Assembly: GCA_030145715.1 (NCBI GenBank)
Contig: JAIXHQ010000001.1
Coordinates: 65,701-129,700 of the forward strand
Source: Sphingopyxis sp.
Lineage (GTDB): Bacteria; Pseudomonadota; Alphaproteobacteria; Sphingomonadales; Sphingomonadaceae
Length of the DNA: 64,000 bases
Direction: 5' to 3'
The position numbers were made by a program, and so were the translations under genes. The notes under the pieces were generated by a model. The model was not told the origin of the DNA. It did no database searches and saw only the letters and a list, made by a program, of their open reading frames with translations. Shown one piece after another: positions 9,001 to 15,750 of the stretch; within the stretch, counting starts at the first letter, position 1, and every line of letters begins with the position of its first letter.

Positions 9001-11753
9001 CCTTCCGCACCCGCGTTCGGGGTATAGGTAAATGTGCCGTCGCCATTATAGGTGACCACACCTTTCGCCGGCGGCGGGCCCAGGATATCGATGGTCGAGA
9101 GATCGATCCCGTCGGCGCCGCGAACGTCATTCGTCAGCACATTGATTACCACCGACGTATCTTCGGCAGCATTGGCGGTATCGTTGGCCGCCGTCGGAAC
9201 ATCGTCGACGACCCGCACGTCAAGGCTGGCGTCGGCGGTGGACCCATCGCTGTCGGTGACAGTGACCGGGAAGCTGTCGGTAACATTATCCTCGCCCACC
9301 GCGTCATGGTCCAACGTGTTGTCGGCCAGCACATATGCATAGGTGAAGGTGCCGCCGATCACCGACCCATCTTCGCCGACGACCGGGGTGAAGCCGGTGA
9401 TGTTGACGGTGCCGAGCGCGCTGGTCGCGGTGCCCGCGGTGAAGACGCCGTTCGTCACGACCTGCGTACCGCCGATCGTCACATTGCCGAGGCCATCGGG
9501 GGTCTCGATCGAAAAGCTGCCCGGCTGGGTCAGTGCCGCCGCGTCGGGCGACGAACCATCGGACAGATTATCTTCGTCGACGGTGAGTTCGCCGCCTTCG
9601 GCATCCAGCCCGTTGATCGTCACGCCGTCATCGGCGCCGTTGATCGTGATCGTCAGCGTCGTGGTCGACGTGTCGCCATCGCCGTCGGTGATCGTGTAGG
9701 TAAAGACTTCGGTCAGCGTCTCGCCGGCGGCGAGGCCCCGGACCGGCTGCGATTCTTTGTCGAGTTCATAGCGATAGCTGCCATCGCTGTTCAGCACGAG
9801 CGTACCGTAGGATCCCGCAACCGGTTCGCCCAGGCTGCCATCGGCAACCGACGTCACGGTCGCGCCGTCGGCACCCTGCACGTCGGCAACCCCGTCAGTG
9901 CCATTGTTATCGTCGCCGCCATTGCCGGTCAGCACATTGCCGTCGGCAAATGCCTGACCGCCTTCTTCGCCCTCGCCTTCGCCCGACTGATCGGTGACAC
10001 TGTCGCTGTCGGCTTGCGCAAGCGGCGCATCGTCGACGATATTGATGTCCAGCGTATCGGACGCCGCATCGCCATCGACGTCGGTGACGACCAGGTCAAA
10101 GCTGACCGTCGTGCCTTCGCCGTCGAGCGTGTTGTCGATCAGCGTATAGACATAGCTGACCGACCCTTCCCCGGTCGTGGGGTCAAAGCTGTAGCCGGTG
10201 ACGACGAGCGTCCCCGTCGCATCGCTCGCGATGGTCTGCGGAAGCGATCCGGGGGTGACCGTGACGCCGCCAATCGACACGCTGCCGATCCCGTCGACCG
10301 CGCTGAAGGTGATCGTGCCGCCGGTCGATGCACCGGCACCTTCGCCGCCAGCATAGGCCGAACCGGGCGTCTCGCCTTCGCGGGGGCCAAGGTCGGCTTC
10401 ATATACGACGGTACCGTCATCACCCTCGCCGTCGCCGGGCACGAAGGTGATGACGGTCGGCGCGTCGGCGATACCTATGGTAAGGGTCGCCGTTGAGGTA
10501 TCGCCGTCGCCGTCCGTAATCTGATAGGTGAAGACGTCGCTGACGCCGCCGGGGGTGCCCGAATACCGGACATAGGTATAACCGCCCTGCGCGTTGATCG
10601 TCAGCGTACCATATTGCCCCTGGACTGTTCCCGGCGCCGAAAATCCGCCTTCGCTGTTCGCACCGCGAATGCCGGTCAGCGCCGCGCCGTCGGCGCCCTG
10701 CGTATCGGCACCCGCCGCCCCGCTGGTCGTCCCCGTACCGGTCAGGACATTGCCGCTTTCGGGCTCAAAGCTGCCGGCGGCGACCTGATCGGTATCGGCG
10801 CGCGCGGTCGGAACATCGTCGATCACCGAAATGGTCAGCGTGGCGGTCGCGGTGTCGCCGTCATTGTCGGTCACGACCACGGTCAGAACGTCGGCCGGAT
10901 TGGTGTTCGCGTTGGTATTGTCGGCCAGCGTATAGCTGTATCCGACATTGCCGGGCGCCAGGCTGGTGATCGTCAACTGGCCCAGCGGCGTGGTGATGAT
11001 TTGGCCGACCGTGGTGACGGCGACGCCATTGATGGTGAGCGTATCAAGACCGTCGCCACCGTTATAGACGATCGATCCGGTCGTCGTTTCGCTGGTCGCC
11101 GCGCTGTTGCTTCCGGCCGATTCCTGGCCGCGCGCGGGCAGGCCCGCTTCGTTGACGCTGGCCGTCGCGGAGTCGAGGCCGGCCGGCTGATCGGGCGTGG
11201 TGATGACCACATCGGGATCGCGGTCGATGAAATTGGGCACCAGCTCGCGTTCTTCGGGCTGGGGAAAGGCCAGTTCGGTGTACGGCAACAGGTTGCCGAG
11301 CGCATAGGCGTCCTGGATCGGCGCCTCGGGATCGGCGAAATTGCCGCCCGAACTGCGCACGCCAGCTTCGGGATTCAGTTCGCCCAGATTTTCGAGCAAC
11401 TGGGCGACCGTGCTGGCCGGGACCGTATCGCCATCGACGACGATCGACGGAATATCGACCGCGCCGCCGGGAACTATCAGCACCTGCCCGTTCGGCAGGG
11501 TGATGATCAGATCCGATCCGGAAACGCTGATGTCGTCGATCGACACGCCGGGCGGGAGTATGATGCGCCCGCTGGCATCGGGAACGAGAATGGCCTGGAT
11601 TGCCAGAGGCATCGCCAGCGCGGTGGCGGTCACATTCGCCGCGGCCGCAAGAAAGTCGCTGTTCGCGGTCATCGCGTTTGCCTGATCGGTCGGCGCGTCG
11701 TCGCGCTGCGCACCCGTCATCCCCACGCGAGCTGGATTGTCGAAAGCATCCAT
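1..11753 (-). CDS. Giant T1SS-type RTX adhesin (LapA-like; Ig-like/VCBS/DUF5801-type repeats, vWA, RTX nonapeptides, self-processing module); at least 3917 aa, 3' end outside the window
   Basis: ATG at 11753 ([16 protein letters not shown]...). Manual translation gives repeated '[21 protein letters not shown]' and 'DDVPTA' units, a DSSGS MIDAS motif and GGxGxD repeats. The same frame reads ...[11 protein letters not shown] at the window edge. The ORF track lists no stop-terminated ORF in this frame, and the long + strand shadow ORFs (6, 2142, 2859, 4077, 7854, 9306, 10614) are all in its antisense register. Confidence 0.93.
   Translation of the reverse strand, partial: [3917 protein letters not shown]
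660..1142 (-). other. FrpC/ApxIVA-type Ca2+-dependent self-processing module (SPM) inside the adhesin; Asp-Pro at 1137-1142
   Basis: [11 protein letters not shown]...FDIDADG...W...[21 protein letters not shown]...[52 protein letters not shown]...[10 protein letters not shown]. Motif order matches the FrpC SPM as recalled (DPLALDLDGDG...[21 protein letters not shown]...AALAELDSNGD...LRVWQDLNQDGIS...EL..L...GI.SL). Confidence 0.85.
2280..2730 (-). repeat. RTX (hemolysin-type Ca2+-binding) nonapeptide repeats in the adhesin
   Basis: [66 protein letters not shown]. More degenerate GGGxD units continue towards ~1630. Confidence 0.9.
2760..3420 (-). other. von Willebrand factor A domain in the adhesin
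   Basis: [12 protein letters not shown] (DxSxS at 3387-3401), [19 protein letters not shown]: the complete MIDAS signature. Confidence 0.9.
4480..6970 (-). repeat. Pair of similar Ig-like (DUF5801-type) repeat units, ~4480-4960 and ~6480-6970
   Basis: Both copies contain near-identical runs such as gaacac.ag.ttctggccgatgtt and ggtcgcggtca.cgtgaccagattgtc, about 2 kb apart. Boundaries are approximate. Confidence 0.75.
7690..9940 (-). repeat. Pair of similar two-domain repeat blocks, ~7690-8480 and ~9190-9940
   Basis: Shared runs ctgggtcagtgccgccgc, gggcgacgaacc.tc.gacagat and tcgctgtcggtgac.gtgac.gggaagctgtc, offset about 1.45 kb. Boundaries are approximate. Confidence 0.75.
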
Positions 11754-12147
11754 GTCAATTTCCCTCGAATACGTCGCACCCTGCGCCGGAAACGGCACAG
11801 CAAATGTTCAAAATTTTCAATGCGACCCACTGCCCGACGACTCGGGCTCCCCTACCAACCAACGAAAGCATGGTTCTTTCGGACTCGGCAAGCGCGTTAA
11901 CAAATTCGCGGAACTGGTAATTTTTACCCAGAAACCTTTACCATTACCTTTCAAGTCCGATCATAATTCATGAGATTATTCAACGGGATGAAAAGTCTCC
12001 GCGGCTTCATAGCGGCTTCCGGAAGATCATGGTTAATGTCCCGATCCGAAGCATAAAATATCATGTCCGATCGAATGAAATCGGTCGGTTACAGACGAAA
12101 CCATCGATTCTTAGTGTTCGGGGACTGATTCCATACTCAGCACGAGT

Positions 12148-12168
12148 TGAAATAATAATATTGTTTCA
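12148..12168. promoter_or_regulatory. AT-rich near-palindrome (candidate operator) between the divergent adhesin and PilZ genes
   Basis: TGAAATAATAATATTGTTTCA, nested in a wider GTTGAAA...TTTCAAC inverted repeat within a ~540 bp AT-rich intergenic region. Confidence 0.4.
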
Positions 12169-12296
12169 TATTATAAAGTTTCAACGCTCGACCGTCACGA
12201 CCGCAGCCATCCCCGGCCGGCGGCGGCCTTTGCCCCGGCTTCTGGCCCATTCAATCCAATATTAAGCTTATCGGGCCATAGAGGACGCCGAGGGAG

Positions 12297-12791
12297 ATGA
12301 TCGTGCGATCCTTGCTGGCCCATATCGCAATTCCGGCGGACGACGCCAATCGCCGCCGGATGGAGCGCCGGACATTGCGGCTGGATGTCGATGCCCGTTC
12401 CGCCGACACGGAATCGGCCGTCGTCATTCGCAACCTGTCGCGGACCGGCCTGTTGATCGAAACCGACGCCGCGTTCGCGGTGGGCGAGACCTTCATCCTG
12501 ATCCTGCCCGAACTCGGCGCCGCGCCCGCGCGGGTCGTCCGCAACGATGGCAAACGCTTCGGCTGCGAATTTCTGTCGCCCGTCCCGGCCAGCGCGATCA
12601 GCGCCGCGATGCTGAAGGGCGCCTATAACGACGATGTGGACGAGGCTGGCGAAGCTCTGGCCGGCGTCGATCTCGGCGAAGTGGGCGAACCGCTTCGGTC
12701 AAACCCCTATCTCTTCGCCATGCTGACGATCCTGTTCACGGCGGCGGTGCTTCTTTTCATCATCGCGCTCACCTCGCTGAACTTTTCCTGA
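12297..12791 (+). CDS. PilZ-domain (c-di-GMP-binding) protein with C-terminal transmembrane helix
   Basis: RRMER (RxxxR) and NLSRTG (D/NxSxxG) motifs, 'GCEF', hydrophobic C-terminus, GGGAG RBS. Confidence 0.85.
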   Translation: MIVRSLLAHIAIPADDANRRRMERRTLRLDVDARSADTESAVVIRNLSRTGLLIETDAAFAVGETFILILPELGAAPARVVRNDGKRFGCEFLSPVPASAISAAMLKGAYNDDVDEAGEALAGVDLGEVGEPLRSNPYLFAMLTILFTAAVLLFIIALTSLNFS

Positions 12792-12853
12792 TCGACAGCC
12801 ATCCCGGCCCGTCCCGCGCGCGAATGTCGCGCGTCGCTCCGGGCTATCCGACG

Positions 12854-12990
12854 ATCCATGGCGCGACCGGAATTTCGCGATGGACGCCGCTCGCCGACCT
12901 ATATGCCGACGTGCGCCACCTGCGCTTCGCCGACGGTCCCGACGAGGTTCATTATATAGTCCTCGGCCGCGAGGAACTCGGTCGGCATCA
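12854..12990 (+). pseudogene. Remnant of the C-terminus of an acyl-CoA dehydrogenase
   Basis: IHGATGISRWTPLADLYADVRHLRFADGPDEVHYIVLGREEL matches the ACAD C-terminal signature (HGxxG...RxxRxADGPDEVH). The rest of the gene is absent. Confidence 0.75.
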
Positions 12991-13315
12991 GAGGGAGCTT
13001 GGGTTCGGTTCCGGGGACGATGCCACGCGACAGGATAGGCCGGATCGTCACCGCTCGCCAAAAGTTAGTCTTGACTATTTAATTCCGATGGCTACCCGTT
13101 GCAGGGATGACAGGCAAGGACCACGAAGACCGACGGGGGGGATCTCCGTTCGGTAAATGCTATGGAAAATCTGTTCAACAGGAAACATCGGCACACATGC
13201 GGCGGCATGTCGGCCGATTTCTTGCGATGCCCGATGCACCGCGCGACCGATCGGCCCATTATGGCGTAGAGCTTTGGCTTCGTCCATCGAAACGAAGCAG
13301 CAGGATGTTGATGGG

Positions 13316-14569
13316 ATGAGTTGGTCGAATTGGTCGGGTAGCGTCAGCGCGACGGTCCCGGTGCTGCGCCCACGCAGCGAAGCCGAACTGGGCGCCGCGG
13401 TGCGCGAGGCGGCGCTGGTGCGCGCGACGGGCGCGGGACATAGCTTCATGCCGCTCTGTCCATCGGACGGCCTGATCGTCAGCCTGGACGACCTGCCCGG
13501 CGCGATCAGCATCGCGCCCGACCGGCAGACGGCGCGCATTCCCGCGGGATGGAGCATCAAGCGGCTGACCGCCGCGCTGGCCGAAGAAGGGCTGGCGCTC
13601 GCCAACCAGGGCGACGTCAATCCGCAAAGCCTGGCCGGCGCGATGGCGACGGGGACGCATGGAACCGGCGTCGAACTGGGCAGCCTTGCGACCTTTGCGC
13701 GCGGATTTCGCCTGATCGGCGCCGATGGCGAAGCGCGGTGGTGCGATGCGCGGACCAACACCGACCTGTTCGAGGCGCAGCGTCTGTCGCTGGGCCTGTT
13801 CGGCATCGCGACCGAAATCGAATGCGCGGTGGTCCCCGCCTATTATCTGGCGGAACGGGTCGAAAAAATGCGCTGGGACGAAGCGCGCGAACGGTTCGAC
13901 GAACTCACCGCCGCGCATCGCCACGCCGAATTCTGGTTCTTTCCCCATGCAGACGACGTGATCCTGAAGACATTGTCGCTGATCGACCCGTGCGAGGCGC
14001 CGACGTCGACCAAGGACATCGACGAGGCGCCGCTTCGCCGCGTTCTGGGCATTGGCGCCGCGATGCCCTTTCTGATCCCGAACCTTCAGCGCATGATGAT
14101 GAAGACGGGGTTCGAGGGCACACGGCGCGGCCCGGCCCATGCGATCTTTCCATCCGACCGCACGATCCGGTTCGAGGAAATGGAGTATGAAATGCCGCAC
14201 GCCGCCGGGCTGGAAACCCTGTCGGCCGTCGTCGACTGGATCCGCAGGAAACGGCTGCCGGTATCCTTTCCTTTTGAATATCGCACCGTTGCCGCCGACA
14301 ATATCTGGATGAGCCCGATGAACCAGGGGCCGGTCGCCGCGATTTCGATGCATCAATATGCCGCCATGCCGTGGCGCGAGTTGTTCGCCGACGCCGAAGC
14401 CATTTTTCGTGCCCATGGGGGCCGACCGCATTGGGCCAAGCGCCACACGCTGTCGCGCGCCGACGTCGACGCCCTCTATCCGATGGCCGAACGCTATCGC
14501 GACGTCCGGCGCGCCGCTGATCCCGGCGGCAAGTTTCTCAACAGCCATATGGCGGAGTTGTTCGACTGA
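13316..14569 (+). CDS. FAD-linked oxidoreductase, D-arabinono-1,4-lactone oxidase (ALO/GULO) family
   Basis: WSNWSG start, GAGHSF FAD motif, ATGTHGTG, FEEMEY, GRPHWAK. Start moved to MSWSNW. Confidence 0.88.
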   Translation: MSWSNWSGSVSATVPVLRPRSEAELGAAVREAALVRATGAGHSFMPLCPSDGLIVSLDDLPGAISIAPDRQTARIPAGWSIKRLTAALAEEGLALANQGDVNPQSLAGAMATGTHGTGVELGSLATFARGFRLIGADGEARWCDARTNTDLFEAQRLSLGLFGIATEIECAVVPAYYLAERVEKMRWDEARERFDELTAAHRHAEFWFFPHADDVILKTLSLIDPCEAPTSTKDIDEAPLRRVLGIGAAMPFLIPNLQRMMMKTGFEGTRRGPAHAIFPSDRTIRFEEMEYEMPHAAGLETLSAVVDWIRRKRLPVSFPFEYRTVAADNIWMSPMNQGPVAAISMHQYAAMPWRELFADAEAIFRAHGGRPHWAKRHTLSRADVDALYPMAERYRDVRRAADPGGKFLNSHMAELFD

Positions 14570-15711
14570 TGGACGATATGGAATTGCATGGGCCGCTGAT
14601 CAACCAGCAGGGATCGCGCGCCGCGCTGAACACGCCGGTCCTTGTCCTCGATCTCGACATCCTCGACCGCAACATCGACGCGATGGCGGCGCTGGCGGCG
14701 GCGCATGGCGTATCGCTGCGCCCCCATGCCAAGACGCACAAGAGCGTCGACATCGCCCGGCGCCAGCGCGCGGCCGGGGCGGTCGGGCTGTGCTGTGCCA
14801 AGATCGGCGAGGCGGAGGTGCTGGCCGACGCCGGACTGACAGGGCTGCTCATCACGTCGCCGGTCAGCGCCGCCGCCGCGATCGCTCGCCTTGCCGCGCT
14901 CGCCGGGCGCAGCCCCGGACTGATCGCGACGGTCGACCATCCCGACGTCGCGCGGCGGATCGCCGCGGCGCTCGCCGATGCGGGCACGTCGCTGGACGTG
15001 ATGATCGATGTCGATCCGGGCATCTGCCGTACCGGCGTCGCATCGCCCGAGGCCGCGGTCGAACTGGCCAAAACCATCGCCGCGTCGCCGAACATGCGGC
15101 TGCGCGGCGTCCAATATTATTGCGGGATGCAACAGCATATCGAGGAATATGCCGAACGCCGCGCCGCGATCGTCGAACGGACCGCCTATCTGGAAACGGT
15201 GATCGCGGCGCTGAGCGATGCCGGGCACCCGCCCGAAATCATTAGCGGGTCGGGCACGGGCACGCACCGCATCGACCTGGAGCTGGGGGTGTTCACCGAA
15301 CTCCAGACCGGATCCTATGCCTTGATGGACAAGCAATATCTGGACTGCGACCTGGTCGGCGATGGGGCCCCGCCCTTTGCGCCCTCGCTGGGCGTCGATG
15401 CCCGCGTGGTCAGCGCGAACCATCAGGCGCTGGTGACGATCGACGCCGGGTTCAAATCGCTGTCGACCGATGGCGGCAGCGCGGTGGTGACGCGCGGCGC
15501 CCCGCCCGAAACCATGGTCGTGTTCATGGGCGACGAACATGCCGCGCTGATCGGCGCCGACATCGGCGCGCGGTTGCAGCCCGGCGACCCCGTCAGCCTG
15601 ACGGTGCCGCACTGCGACCCGACCGTGAACCTGTATGACAATTACCATGTCGTGCGGGGCGACACGCTGGTCGCGATCTGGCCGGTCAGCGCGCGGGGCC
15701 GCGCGCGCTGA
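14569..15711 (+). CDS. DSD1-family PLP-dependent enzyme (D-threonine aldolase / D-serine dehydratase-like, fold type III)
   Basis: LRPHAKTHK PLP lysine, RTGV, GSGTGT, GSYALMD, PHCDPTVNLYD. Overlaps the upstream stop codon. Confidence 0.9.
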   Translation: MDDMELHGPLINQQGSRAALNTPVLVLDLDILDRNIDAMAALAAAHGVSLRPHAKTHKSVDIARRQRAAGAVGLCCAKIGEAEVLADAGLTGLLITSPVSAAAAIARLAALAGRSPGLIATVDHPDVARRIAAALADAGTSLDVMIDVDPGICRTGVASPEAAVELAKTIAASPNMRLRGVQYYCGMQQHIEEYAERRAAIVERTAYLETVIAALSDAGHPPEIISGSGTGTHRIDLELGVFTELQTGSYALMDKQYLDCDLVGDGAPPFAPSLGVDARVVSANHQALVTIDAGFKSLSTDGGSAVVTRGAPPETMVVFMGDEHAALIGADIGARLQPGDPVSLTVPHCDPTVNLYDNYHVVRGDTLVAIWPVSARGRAR

Positions 15712-15750
15712 TCAGGGCAGCCCCGCCCCAACGGCCCCGCGCCCCTGGGG

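Noticed and set aside
3600-11200. Recurrent gtcgccgtcgccgtc / tcgccatcgccatcggtgat motifs as a CRISPR or non-coding repeat array
   Set aside because: They encode the TDGDGD turn of the adhesin Ig-like repeats; spacing is irregular and there are no cas genes.
6-11900. Long + strand ORFs (629, 1107, 396, 428 aa and others) over the adhesin
   Set aside because: Arg-rich antisense shadows of the minus-strand adhesin with no recognisable motifs.
13129-13154. Hairpin upstream of the lactone oxidase as a riboswitch or sRNA
   Set aside because: Single imperfect stem with no recognisable aptamer consensus.
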